Source: Felis catus
Taxonomy: Eukaryota
Direction of reading: 5' to 3'
Assembly (NCBI RefSeq): GCF_018350175.1
Contig: NC_058369.1
Span: 163,370,001-163,434,000 of the forward strand
DNA length: 64,000 nucleotides
Shown here: in pieces, positions 46,380 through 58,975 of the stretch
How positions within the stretch are numbered: position 1 is the first letter of the stretch
Layout of the letters: every line of letters starts with the position of its first letter
Translations under genes and position numbers: made by a program
Notes under the pieces: model-generated
What the model was told of the DNA's origin: nothing
The model's input: the letters and a program-made list of their open reading frames with translations, nothing else
The model's database searches: none

Positions 46380-46855
46380 CCCATCGGGGACTGACAGAGG
46401 CTCCCAAAGAACACCAGGTCCTAACGAGTGTGAACTGCAAATGTTACCTTATTTGGAAAAGGGCCTTTGCTGTTGGGACTAAATTAAGGATCCCGACAAT
46501 GGAGAGCCTGTCCCGGGTTATATCTGGCAGCCCCAAATGTAATCACAAATGTCCTCAGAAGAGAGAGGCGGGTGGGGACCTGACGCACACCCAGGGCAGA
46601 AGGCACCACGAAGGTGGAGCTGAGACGGACGTGTAGATGCCGGCCTTGCAGACTGGAGTGACCGTGACCACGAGCCAAGGAGAGCCGGCAGCCTCCAGAA
46701 GCTACAAGAGGCACGGAGGAGCCTCGCCCCTGGAGCCTCCGGCGGGAGCACGGCCCTGCCATCCTGATGTCAGCCTCGGAGAGAGAACACGTCTCTGCTT
46801 CTAAACTGCTAAGTTTGTGGTGACATGTGACGGCAGCCGCAGGAAACGAACCCAC
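46380..46855 (+). mobile_element. MLT1D-like MaLR solo LTR
   Basis: tgttaccttatttggaaaagggcctttgc...taaattaagga...cccaaatgtaatcacaaatgtcct. Confidence 0.85.
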
Positions 46856-48160
46856 CTCCCCGTGCCTCGGTTTTCCTTATCTACGAAAAGCGCAGTGGGC
46901 CCCCTTGGGTGGGGGAAGAGAAAGTCCTGCTGGTGGGCTCGGAGGAGCACCAGGGGAGCCAGGCCCTCCGCACTCGCCCACCTCTCCCTGCGTCCTTATG
47001 GTTGCAGCGGGGCCCCGTGGCCCGACGGGCCACCGATGACCAGTCGAGGGTAGCAGACGGGAATTCTGATGGACTCAGTGTCTCCCCGGGGGGCTGGGCC
47101 GCAACGAGCTTCCTCAAGCTTCCGGGGCCCCGTTTTCCACCACCTGAGCTGGGAGAAGAGAGCAGCATGACACCAAGGAGAGAGAGGGGTCCATGCTGGG
47201 CCCGGTGTCAGGGAACCAGCAGGGACACCCTTTCCCCTGGCGGGGGGCGGGGCCGGGGGGGGCGGTCAGGAGAGAGCCCGGGCCTTCCCCAGGTTAGCCT
47301 GAACAGGTCAGGTGAGCCCAGCTCGGGGCCACCCGCCAGCACATCTCACCTGGGAAAGCCCTGCTCCTCCAGAAGGCCGTACCGCCCCCCCCCCCCCCCG
47401 CAACCCGCACTGCCCGCTCGCGACCTGCGTGGCCCCTGCCGGACTGTGTCTTCTCAAACCCAGCGCTGGGCGGGGGCAGGCATCAGCTCCGTTTTGCTCA
47501 CCGCAGCATCCCTAGCGCTTAGCACACAGTAGGTGCTCAACACACGCTTGTCGAGAGGGAGGAATGAATGAGCAGAAAGATCCTGGAAGAGCGGCCAGTC
47601 GGGAGAAGGGGCTTGGGGAGCGGCCGATTTAATGAGAACGTCGCCGAGGGCCGTGCACTGAGTTCAGCACTGAAGATTGTCCCTCGGAGCTTCAGAACTA
47701 CTATTGGTACCCCCGTCTCCGCCCTGCACCCGGGCAAGGTGAAGGAGCCTGTTCGAGGTCAGCCAGCTTGTCGGGCAGAGCTAGGCCTCAGCCTGGGTCC
47801 GTGACCCCCAGCCCGCCTTAGAGCTCCGTGCAGCGTTCTGCTGGAGATCAGGGGAAATTCAAGGCTTGACAACGGGCCTTATGTGCTTGCTGTCACCCCC
47901 CACACACACCTCCGACCCCCCCCCCCCCCCCCCCCCCCCGCTCCTGGGAGTGGCTGGCCATAAAATGCAGAGATGTAAAAAGACACAAGGGAGGAGCAGA
48001 GTGGCCCAGGTCCTCGGCTTCAGTCAGTCCAGGGGAGGATCAGCTCCAGGAGAGAGTCAGGAGGGGTAGGAGAGATGGGCTGGGCGGTCCTTCAGGCACA
48101 TTGGACCAGCTGAGTAGAGAGAGGCGCCCAGGATTTAAGCCTTAAGAATAGCACTGAATT

Positions 48161-48383
48161 GGGGCGCCTGGGTGCCTCGGTTGGCTAAGCGTCCGACTCG
48201 ATTTCGGCTCAGGTCATGATAATCTCAGGATTCGTGGGTTCAAGCAAGCCCCACGTCGGGCTCTGGGCTGGCAGCCAGCGTGAGCCTGCTTGGGGTTCTC
48301 TTTCTCCCTCTCTGCCCCTCCCCCGCTGGTGGGCTCTCTGTCTCAACATAAATAAACGTTAAAAAAAAAAAAAAGAAAGAAAA
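48161..48383 (+). mobile_element. Can-SINE
   Basis: Imperfect TSD agcactgaatt / agcacggaatt. Confidence 0.9.
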
Positions 48384-48979
48384 GCACGGAATTTATGGGA
48401 TGAGACAGAAAAGGCCCGGAAGGGACTGGTGATCCGCATTCATAGTTCTCCTTCGCATTCCCCTCACTGTCCAGCTGAACTGACAATGTCTGGTGGCAGA
48501 AGAGAGTGTCCAGGGGTGGGGAGGGGTGGGCAGGACCAGAGCCCCCCAGCCTGCTCCTCACATCGTCCATCTGACCCAGCGCTGCAGGAGTCCGCGGTGA
48601 GCACCGGGAAGGGGGGCTTCCTCTCCCGCAAACAAGCCACCCCGTGTCATGTCTGGGGCTCCTGGCTCCCTACCTGATCCTGAAGATGCCTGCCCCCTTC
48701 CCCATTCCCCGCATTCCTGACCCAGGCCTTCGGTTTGTTCAACGTTTGTGGCAATGATGCGACTATGATCTGTTTTGCGTCCTTTTTGCTAGAGTTGCCA
48801 GCTGAGATATTTACAGATGAAATGATGGGATGTCTGAGATTCGCTTTTAGAAACAAACAGGGTGGTGGGGACACGGGCGGAGGAGTTAAGAGAAACGGAA
48901 TCAGCTTTTCGTAATACCGTTCGGTCTGTTTTTGCAGGTATTTGAAATTTTCCGCTGGGAAAAAATCTCCCCCGGAGAT

Positions 48980-49500
48980 GCCGAGGTGGGGGTGGGGGTG
49001 GGGGTGAGGGAGACGCACACCGGGAGACCCGGCCACCCCCACCCGCCGGCTTTGGCCTGGGCGCCGGGGAGGCCGGGCTCGGAGGCTGCGAGCTGACGCG
49101 GGCTCTGGCGCCACCTGGCGGCCGTCGCGGGACCGACAGCCTCTGAGGTTCCCTGGGCCCCGGGGGGCACGGGGCGCTGGGGGCTCTCCAAACCCGAGCC
49201 GGACCCCACAGCACGGAACGCGCGGGCCCACCCGGTGCTGCCCTGACCCCCGGAAGGCCCCTCGGCACCCCAGCCCAACCTTGGCCTCCCAGGGCCCACC
49301 TCTGCCCCTCACTCCCCACTCCCCAAGCCACAGCAGTCGTGGGGTGTGAATAACGAGACTGACCGGTGATTGCGGGGGTTCCGTCCTCCACGCTCGCTGG
49401 GGGCCCTCCCGAGGGTGGCGAGTAGGCCCGGCCGCCGCACACGGCACATCCAGTCGACTCCTCGGGGTCTCCCTCTCTGTGGTTTGTACCGAAACGTCAC
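48980..49500. promoter_or_regulatory. Orphan CpG island containing a CTCF motif (49107-49123)
   Basis: Dense CpG; minus strand GGCCGCCAGGTGGCGCC matches the CTCF consensus. Confidence 0.7.
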
Positions 49501-49699
49501 AGTTTAAAGGCAAATACTTACAAGAGCATTTCCCCCCTCCCTACTTCCTGCTCTCCACAGTGGGAGCGCTCAACTCTTCTAGCTGATTATTTTGTTACTT
49601 ACCTCCCTATCACCAAAGAACAGGCTTATATTTCTAGCTTTTTCCACTCTGGGAGTTTGCAACTGAGGATAGCCCGTGACAACTTGGCTCTTCTACATT

Positions 49700-49980
49700 T
49701 TTCACTCTTCACCCCCTGACACTTCCTGTCTTCGTACACCTTTCACCCCCTTTACTTCCGGTCTCCTTCACCTCTCACCTTTCACCCACTTACGCTTCCG
49801 GTCTCCTTCACTCTTCACCCTTCACCCCTCCCCTTCTGGTCTCCTACACACACGCGCGCGCGCACACACACACACACGCACGCACGCACGCACCCATCAT
49901 CTCATCGCTTTCCACCCCCTTATACTTTCTGTCTCCTTCACCCTTCACCCTCCACTTCCGGTCTCTTCACCCTTAGCACC
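49700..49980. repeat. Degenerate tandem repeat (acttccggtctccttcacccttcaccc) with a CA/CG tract
   Basis: About 6 imperfect units visible. Confidence 0.8.
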
Positions 49981-49999
49981 CTAGACTTGCTGGCCGTTC

Positions 50000-50832
50000 A
50001 TCCTCCCAGTTGTGACTTCTTCTGGGTTAGAGTAATTTTCGGAGTTTCGGGTAACAGTTAACTACTATTCACGGATGAGCCATGATTAATTTTTCCTTCT
50101 GCTGTAACTTTTCGTTTTCTCTGGATTTCGCGATTGCCTTGCATTTGCTTTTGCCGAGCTCTCTATGTACTCGTTACTGTTTTATCCCCCAATTCTTCCC
50201 GGTTTGCAAGTTGTGTAGATTCAGATATGTTAGATATCCTATTAATTTCGGCGTCTGGGAAAAACTCTTCCCCAGGGCCCTCTGGCCTCTCCCATGTAGG
50301 GGGACTGATATCTGCTGCCCAAACCCCCCCCTCCCCAACAACCACCGGGGCGGGGGCATCCTGGAGGTGCCCTCCACGGACTCTCTCTTGGGCGGAAGCC
50401 CATTTCTTGGCTCCCTTTCCTTCTCATTTCTTGCTTCGTTCTCCTGTTTTGATCGAGTCTCCCTTCCAGCAGCTTCCTGAGAAAGGATGCTTAAGGGGTG
50501 AACGCTTGAGACCGTGCGTATCTAAACACGCCCATTTTGCCCTAATGTTTTAGCGGCTTCACTGGGTATATAACTGTGCTTGGGAACCGCTGTCCCTCAG
50601 AGTTTTGAAGGCACTGCTACCATCTAGTGTTATTAATGAGAAGTCTGAGGCCATTCTGATCCGTGATCCGTCTTATTAAATGTTGCCCCCTTTCTGAAAG
50701 TTTTTAGAGTCTTCTCTTTATCGTCAGTATCCTGAAAATTCATGATGATGTACTTTGGAGTGGATCTACTTTGACAATGTACAGGGATTTGAAGTGTCCT
50801 TTCGATATGTATTTCATGACCTCCAGTTCTGG
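50000..50832 (-). mobile_element. Old L1 (L1ME/HAL1-like) ORF1 relic
   Basis: STPKYIIMNFQDTDDKEKTLKTFR resembles L1 ORF1 PRHIIVKF...DKEKILKA. Confidence 0.65.
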
Positions 50833-52307
50833 GAATTTCGGAGAGAAAAAAAAAGAGAGAGAGAGAAAACAAATCCAGGATGTTCAAATTGAAGTTTTGG
50901 AAGGAACAAAGAACGTAATAGGAAGGTTAACTTCCTTCCTAATTCGTAAAAATACACAAAATTTTTCCAGAACTGAGTATCGTAAGTCTACAGATTGAAA
51001 AGTCCTAGGGACCACTCAGTGTGACGCATGACAAGACACTCAATGCAAGGCAATGTGCTGGTGACATCTCTTGGTTTGCATATTTGAAGCTGCATTTAAA
51101 TGCGACATAGAAGTTATTTGGACCTCAATATACGATCCAGGCGACATGTTCTATGACTGAAATGAAGAACTGATACTGATTTGCCACATAGAGTTGTATC
51201 CGGGAAGGCTTCATGGAAGAGGTGGAACTTGAGTTGGTTTGTAAGGGATGGGGGGGCAGAGAGGAGGGCTAGATGTTCCACGGGAGGGAAATATTGAGCT
51301 TGTAATGAACCCCTGGGCGGGGGGTGGGGGGGTGGGGGGGTGGAGACTGGGCTGGCTGGAGCCTCAAGATAAGGTGAGGTGGGACCCGAGTCCTGATCTG
51401 GCTTAGTGGAGCCCCGCTCCTTATCTGAAACTTCCCACAGAGAAAACAATGCCCTCGCTGTGTTCAACCTGAGCCCAATCACGCCCAGAGGCCCTGGGCA
51501 GCTGAGGCCCGATAAGCAGGTAAAATTTCCCCTTGGGAACTGAAGGCCAGTGGGTCCTGCGTCTTGTAAGTCTCCTTGGGAGGATTCTCCACGACCCTCC
51601 TGCCCTCTCCCTGGAGTTGGAATCTTGGCACTGGGAGGGATCTTAGAGCCTCCTAGCCACTGAGCAGAGGCCACACAGGGTTCAGGATTTGCCCAAGGTC
51701 ATGCTGCTTGTTGGTGACAGAACTGGGTTTAGAACCCAGATCTCTGCCTGCCCCCCCCCCCCCATCCAGGGCTCCTTCCCACCCCCGCCTGTGCTCACAT
51801 CAGGAGAGGCAGCTTTTCATCTGAAGGCTACACTCAGCTGTTCAGCCCTGGGGGAATCACAGGGTGTCCAGCTGCTGGGGGGGGGGGGGGGAGGGGCCAG
51901 GGCGGAGTTTGCTGTTGGATTTAGGATCTGCATTTAAGTTCACGTAAGCGCCAAGGACAATGATGTCCGTTCTGCATGTGTTTCAATATCCTTACTGCTC
52001 TGCACATTCACTATCGTATTCCCCGGGTCAAGGTCCTCGGGGTGCCTCCCTGCCCGAGAGCCCCAGAGCAGCATTGGCAGGCAGCCGGACCCCAGAGGGA
52101 ACTGGAGCCAAATAAAATATGAATTCAGTTGAGAAATGACTCAGGCACTCGGTTTTGCATCGAGGTTGCTAGTAAGCGAGATGCGGCGGTGCTTACCCTC
52201 CGGGCAGGGGGGTGGGCAGCTCCTTAAGGGCTGGGGCCATGTCCCTTCAGTGGCCGGCACGGTGCCTTTTACAGAGAACTTGCCCAATACACTTGTGAGT
52301 TGACGTC

Positions 52308-52940
52308 TGTCATAGGTTGAATTGTGTTCCCCAAAGACCGCGAAGTCCTCACCCCCAGGACTTGTGAGTGTGACCTTATTTGGAAAAAGGTTTCTGCAGA
52401 TGATTAAGTTGGGATGAGGTCATTAGGGTGAGCTCCAATCCAATGGCGGGTGCCGTAATAGAAAGGGGGAAAGACAGACACACAGGGAGAACACCACATT
52501 GAAGATATGAATTTGAGGCCCCGAGCCCAGGGACGACTAGATGCCGGGACACAGCCCTGGAACACATCCTCCCCTAGCAGCTTTCGAGGGAGCACGGCTG
52601 TGCTGATGCCTGGAGCTCAGATTTCTGGCCTCCAGAAGCAGGAGACAATAGATCTCTGCTGTTCAGGCCACCTAGGTTCGTGGTCCACGTTTAGGTGGGG
52701 CGCCTGGGTGGCTCAGTTGGTTAAGCATCCAACTTCAGCTCAGGTCGTGAGCTCACGGTTCGTGGGTTCGAGCCCCGCATCGGGCTCTGTGCTGACTGCT
52801 CGGAGCCTGGAGCCTGCTTCGGATTCTGTGTCTCCCTCTCTCTCTGCCCCTCCCACACTCATGCTCTGTCTCTGTCTCAAAAATGAAGGAGCATTAAAAA
52901 AAAAAAAAAAAAAAAAAGGTGGCCCCAGGAAACTAATGCG
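52308..52940 (+). mobile_element. MLT1-type LTR interrupted by a Can-SINE (52697-52917)
   Basis: tgtcataggttgaattgtgttcccc...gtgaccttatttggaaaaagg...gatgaggtcattagggtg. Confidence 0.85.
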
Positions 52941-54202
52941 TTGCCCAAAGCATCCGCTGGTTTCTGCCTCCTGCCTGCCAGGCCAGTCTGTCTGTCTGTC
53001 TGCCACCTGCCATGGCTGTTTCCCAGCCTGGCCATCAGAGGGTGATGGTGATGTCAGCAAGACCGGGGTCTCGGACCCTTGCTCGTGGGACTGAAGCCCT
53101 CGGCCGGCCTCCGGACACCATTGGGCCCTCCCGCACAAGGGCATCAGGAGAGGTACCGAGGGACCGGCTCGGCTGAGGCCCCGACACAAACCGCCGGCCC
53201 GTGGAGCTGCAGCTAGCCGAAGAGGGCGTCTGGCCCAGGGCCTGGGAAGCTCTCGGGTCCATACAGTTCTGTCACGTAGCCGCGGCGAGAGCTGCCACCA
53301 CTCAGGCTCCCACCTGCGAAACGGGTTCTTCATGCTTCCCAATCGCAGGTCCCAGGGGCACGCTCACGCGCACAGGATATTTTTGGGCGCCACGAGAACT
53401 GGGGAGCTTCTGGCGTTTGGGGCGCCGCGTGCCAAGCACCCTGTAGCGCGCGGACGCCGCCTGGGGAATGATGGTCTCAGTCCCTGTCCTTCCCGGTTTG
53501 TGATGTGCTCTCTGACCACTTTCCTTTTGAGAAAGGATGAGTCATTCTCGTGCCCCCCAAGTTCTTGCTAATTTAGCGTCATTTGCATGTGCAGCCTTTT
53601 AGGTGATTTAACTTGTAAATTTCCCTCAATAATTCCAGCTCCGTTACTTTAGGCCCTGATTGCAGCACTTAAATTTTTTAGTATTCCGTGCACCTCCTTC
53701 CAAGATGTGTGGGCTCAGCCGCCATCAGAGCAGCCAGAAAGCCCTCCAGCCTCCTGTCTGGAGGCTGCGGCTTGACAGTTCCCCCGCCGAGGGCTGTGCC
53801 CAGGCTCTGAGAGCAAAGAGGGGCACAAAGGGGTTGTCGCTGAGCTCTGTGCCCCACGGGTCTTTTCCACGGAATGTCCATAAATGCAGGTCCTCATGCA
53901 CTGGTACAGCCCTGCTGGGGGGGCACCTGCCGTCCGGCATCTCAGTCCTCTGTGGGGGATTTCACATGGGTCACACTTCTCAACTCCACACCCGGCAGGT
54001 GTCCCCCCTCGGGTCCCCACCCCGCCCCCGGATTCATCCCCCATCCTTTCTGGTCCTCCTCTGTGTCTCAGGACCTGGCCCCGAAGGCTGTACCCCCAGC
54101 GGGAGCTCAGAGGGGGACTCATCTGGGTACCTCAGGACAACTGTTTCTACAGGGAGGCCCCTCCCCCACCCCACTGGGCTCTACTAATAAGATTTTCTTC
54201 CC

Positions 54203-54335
54203 GGGGTGCCTGGCTGGCTCAGTTGGTAGAGCATGGGGCTCTTAATCTCAGGGTGATGAGTTCAAGCCCCACATTGGGCATGGAGCCTACTAGATAGATA
54301 AATAGATAGACAGATAGGCAGATAGATGGATAGAT
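54203..54335 (+). mobile_element. Short Can-SINE with a (TAGA)n tail
   Basis: ggggtgcctggctggctcagttggtagagcat...; agattttc flanks. Confidence 0.85.
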
Positions 54336-54429
54336 TTTCCTCCTTCAGGCCCAGGAGGGTCGAGGTTCTGTTGTGCCTACTTTGGGGGCAGTTGTCACCT
54401 TATCTGCCCCTGGCCTCTGCAAGTTCCCT

Positions 54430-54860
54430 TCTGTTCTGGTTGTTGCAAAACCAACCCCGTCAAACTTAGTGACAGAAAGTGATCACTTTGGTACGTGTCC
54501 TGGGTCCTGGGAGTCAGGAACTCAGACAAGGCAGAGAGAGGCAAGTAGTCTCTGCTCCTCAGCCAGGACGACTGGAAGGCTGGACGACTTGGCAGCCCAG
54601 TCATCTGGAATCATCTGGAAGCTTCCTTGCTCACATAAGGTCTAACAGCTGAGACTGGCTGTCAGCCAGAACTCCTACACATGGTCTCTTCATCTGGTCG
54701 CTCTGCGCAAGCTGGCTCGGGCTAGCTCCCAGGAGAGCACAGTACAAGTCCCCGGCATTTGAATGATCTTGCCTCGGAAGTCACACGGCGTTACCTGTTC
54801 CCCGCAGGCGGCTCTGCTCCTGAAGCCGGCTCTGGAAAGCGGATGTGGCTGTACTTGGGG
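54430..54860 (-). mobile_element. Old MaLR (MLT1) LTR remnant
   Basis: ctggaatcatctggaagcttccttgctcacat...ggctgtcagccagaactcctacacatggtctct...gcctcggaagtcac. Confidence 0.6.
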
Positions 54861-55747
54861 CTGGAAGGGTCCACACGGCCCTTCCGACCCTCAGTCACTA
54901 GCTTCCCCACCGAGGCCCGGGAGGGTACAGCGAACTGGCATTAGATCTCTGTGTGTGTGCCCTGCGGCTGCCAGGGAAGCTGCGATGATGAGTGTCTGGC
55001 ATTTTCTGCTTCGAGAGTCGGGGGGATTTTTGCCCCATAAAAGGGGTTCCCTAGATGCATGAATAAAAAACATATTAAGGTAGATGAAGAACTTTGGATG
55101 CTGAGGGGTTACTGAATCCAAGAGACGTCTGCTTGGTCCTGGGACCCAGAGAAAAGTCAGTTCTGACGTGTCCCCGGAAACTATGTCGGAGTGTGCCCTC
55201 TCTGGGCTCCTTCAGCAGAATCTACAATTAAATGCGGTATACGTTTCTTCCCTTTTTTGATGGGAATGGCATCTGCGATAAAATTTTAACTGCAATTTCA
55301 AAAACTGTTGTGGAACATTTTAATAAAGTGAGCGAGCAATTACAGACTCCGGAGTTTGGATGCATATAAAGGATACCTTCTTCTGTCATCTTTAAATTCA
55401 ACTTAAAATCGGTGGAACCTGAAACAAAAGCGATAAAAATGAGATAAAGTCTATGTAAATTATTCCGACATTGAGAAGCAGATTGTAACAAAACACTTTC
55501 AGATCACAAAAAAAGCAATAATGGACTCAGGCGAAGGGATAAATTTTGAATAGAAGCTATGAATAGGTTTGGGGATTGTTTGATAATCCAGTTAATGAAT
55601 CACATGAACACACACACTGGAAAAAGGATGTAACTTCTTTGCTAATTTGACAAGAAATGCTGACATTGACAAAGATAAAACTTGTACAGCACCACTTCAA
55701 GGAGGCTGTCCATGACGCCCTGATTAATAACTGTCATTAATTCAAAG

Positions 55748-55977
55748 GTTTTTTTTTTAGTTTATTTTTTATTTTATTTTGTTTTTAACGTTTATTTCTG
55801 AGAGACAGGGAATGAGCAGGGGAGGAACAGAGAGAGAGGGAGACACAGAATCCGAAGCAGGCTCCAGGCTCCGAGCTGTCCACACAGAGTCCGTCGCGGG
55901 GCTCGAACTCACAAACCGTGAGATCATGACCTGAGCCGAAGTCGGACGCTCAACCGACTGAGCCACCCAGGGGCCCC
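55748..55977 (-). mobile_element. Can-SINE
   Basis: Antisense body. Confidence 0.92.
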
Positions 55978-55981
55978 TAAC

Positions 55982-56189
55982 TTGTTTGTTTGTTTATTTA
56001 TTTATTATTTTTGAGAGAGAGAGAGAGAGGAGAGGAGGGGAGGGGCAGAGGGAGGGAGAGACACAACCCCACATAGGCTCTGCACTGACAGAGCCCCGAA
56101 CTGGGGCTCAAACTCACAAACCATGAGATCATGACCTAAGCCAAGATCAAGAGTCGGACACCCGACCGACTGAACCACCCAGGTGCCCC
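55982..56189 (-). mobile_element. Can-SINE
   Basis: Antisense body. Confidence 0.9.
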
Positions 56190-56517
56190 AATTCAAAATT
56201 TTAATTTTAAGATTAATCCCTGAGCACCTCCTGGCTGACAGCAAGGAACCTGCTTGGGATTCTTTCTTTCCGTCTCTCTACTCCTCTCCCTACTTGTGGC
56301 CGTATTCTCTCTCTCTTTCTTTCTCTCTCTCTCAAATTAAATAAATAAGCATTAAAAAATAACAACAACAAAACAGATTAGTCCCTGAGCAAAAAATAAC
56401 TTTAAATGCACTGAAACCTTAAAACTCATATGTGAAACTTGATAGAGATTTCCTCGAATGTGGAAAAAAAAATCCTTAAAATTTATAATAATTACTATCA
56501 GCAATGCACTGCAAAGT

Positions 56518-57440
56518 TGTATTGCTAAGGGTCCAATCAGGAGACAGAAACCGCACAGCAACTTGCACAAGGGAAATTTAACATAAAGAATTAATTTTAA
56601 CATGGGGTTGGAGTAATAAGGGATTGGCTAGAAAGAAATAAAAAGGGTTCTTGGGGCGCCTGGGTGGCTCAGTCAGTTAAGCGTCTGAGTGCAGCTTGGG
56701 TCATGATCTCCTGGTTCCCGAGTTCCAGTCCCATATTGGGCTCTGTGCCAACAGCTTGGAGCCTGGAGCCTGCTTTGGATCTCTCTCTTTCTCGCTCTCT
56801 CTCTCTCAAAAATAAATACATATTTTAAAAAAAGAAGAAGAAGAAGTAAAGAGGGTTCTTGAAGAACGCAGGCTGGGGACACCCAGCGAGTGTCCATCAC
56901 CCAGGGTGAGACGAAGCACCCACGAAGACGTCCCTCTGCAGGGCTGAGATCCAGGCCTTGATTGGAGACAGCGTGGCTCGCTGCCCGGCAGAGAAGTCAC
57001 TGAGGTGCCAGGTTGGCCGCACTTGCTGGAGATCCGCTGTCCCGGGTGCCAGAGGGCCCTCCACAGGGAGGCGTCCTATCTCAGAACTCGCCCCAAAGCC
57101 ACCGGAGAGGACGCCAGGGGACGCTGATCACGGGCTACAACCCCCACCCCCGCCACCAGGCGAAGCTGGCCCCCCCGGGGACGCCAAGGGAAGCTCCTGG
57201 CTGCGGGGAAATTTTAGAGCTGGGTGCTGCACACACCACAGAGGCTGTTGGAACGCAGACACCCAGACACCTCGGAAGCTGCTAGTCGCGGGAGGAACCA
57301 GGAGAGAAACCCTTCTCCTCCTGCGGCCCTCTAGCGCCCTCTCCTGACAAAGGTTAACACCCAACAGTTGGCGAACAATTTTTTTTTCCAGGACCCCCCC
57401 CCCCCCCCAATTTTCAGAAAGCGGACCGCGAAGGGGTGTC
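56518..57440 (-). mobile_element. ERVL-class LTR (LTR41-like) containing a Can-SINE (56653-56845)
   Basis: tgtattgctaagggtccaatcaggagacagaaaccgcacag... end; CTCF-like gccctctagcgccc near 57326. Confidence 0.6.
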
Positions 57441-57628
57441 AGGAGCTGAAATGCAATCCAATTTCTCTGGTAAGAGTGTCTTCATTTGAAGAGTTAGCCG
57501 AAGGACTTCTAGCCAAAAACTGTTAAGAAAAAAATCTTAGGTGTAGATGGTTAATAAAGAGGTTTTCGTTTTCTGGATTTTATGATGTCTTGTGGTATCT
57601 TTCAACTTCTAAAAATTTGTAATGTTAG

Positions 57629-57840
57629 GGGGCCCTGCGTGGCTCCGTCGGTTGAGCGTCCGACTTCGGCTCAGGTCATGATCTCACGGTTTGTGGGTTC
57701 GAGCCCGGCGATGGGCTCTGTGTGGACAGCTCGGAGCCTGGAGCCTGCTTCGGATTCTGTGTCTCCCTCTCTCACTGCCTCTCCCCTACTTGTGCTCTGT
57801 CTCTCTCTCTCAAAAATAAATAAAATGTAAAAAAAAAAAT
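57629..57840 (+). mobile_element. Can-SINE
   Basis: TSD taaaaatttgtaa. Confidence 0.92.
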
Positions 57841-58107
57841 TAAAAATTTGTAACATTTTTTTTTCATTCTGAGTAAGTACTTTCATTCCTAATATCGTAT
57901 TTGTAATAATTGTCTTTTTTTTTTTTTTTCATAAAGGGCCTTCCCAAGTTACATTAGTTTCAGGGCCCCCCAGACTGGATCTGCCCTTGCCCATGGGAAA
58001 AACTTCCAAGCTGTTTTTATAAGCGTTGCTCATCAAGACCCATGTCAGATCTCAGCTTCCTTTGAATACTTTAACTAAACTGATAACTTGGCCCCTCGGT
58101 AAATTGC

Positions 58108-58975
58108 TGTGGCGCTAAAGAGGGAAATGCTGGGTTTTCTATACTCTACGTGCAACACTTCTGAAACCAGAGGTGTGGGTTGTCCACACCAAGCAATTCT
58201 CCAGTTCTCTGCCACACCAAGCGGGTGTCCTACAGTTCAGTCCAACGCGGACCCTATCTCCCTGGATGGAGCATCACCTCCCACGGGTGAAGGGCTCCGT
58301 CCCACGGGACTGCGCCCACCTTACTGCACGCACCAGCCCCACTCCAGGTTGCCACCTGTTTGAGACTGACTGGCTTTAAATCAGAGGTTCCTACCACCCT
58401 TTCCTCAGGTTGGATAACTTGGTAGGATGAGTGAGAGAAGTCAGGAAAAGAGTGTACTTACCAGATTACCAGTTTATTAAAAAGGGGTGAACTCAGAACA
58501 GCCAGATTGAAGAGATGGGTGGGGCTACAGGGAAGGGGAACTGGGCTTCCACGCCCTCTCCAGACAACTAAAGAAACTAACTCCCCAGCACCTCCACATG
58601 CTCAGTAACTCAGAGGCTCTATGAACCCCTTCAATTGGGTTGTTGTTGTTGTTGTTAATGGAGGGCTCATGTCATAGGCTCCATTGATGAAAGCATTGGC
58701 CATTAGTGATTAACTCAACTTCCAGCCCCTCTCCCCTCCCTCCTGGAGGGTGTGTGTGTGTGTGTGTGTGTGTTATGTGTGGCTGAAGAGCCAACCCTCT
58801 AATCAGGAGGTTGGTTCCCTTGGCAACCAGACTCCATCCCGAGGTTCATCCTGGAACCCCCCAGCCCCAGCCATCTCCTTCACATACAAAAAGGCACTTC
58901 AGAGATTCCAAGGTTTTGGAAGGTGCCTACCAGGAAGTGGGGCAGAGACCAAATATATATTTCTTATTATGTCAA
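58108..58975 (-). mobile_element. MER21-like ERVL LTR
   Basis: caacacttctgaaacca...gggtgtcctacagttcagtc...aatcagaggttcctaccacc...agaccaaatatatatttcttattat. Confidence 0.82.

Larger units (their letters stand above)
55200..57990 (+). mobile_element. hAT (Tip100/Zaphod-like) transposon relic, split by an LTR and SINEs
   Basis: AT-rich transposase-like remnants (FP.V...LKIY near 56450) and a terminal cagggccccccagactggatctgccct. Confidence 0.5.

Noticed and set aside
46448-52383. CArG boxes CCTTATTTGG at ~46448 and ~52374
   Set aside because: Part of the ordinary MLT1 LTR sequence; no independent evidence of function.
54203-54290. tRNA-like sequence (ggctggctcagttggtagagcat...gagttcaagcccca)
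   Set aside because: tRNA-derived Can-SINE head with tail and flanking duplication, not a tRNA gene. The same applies to other SINE heads.
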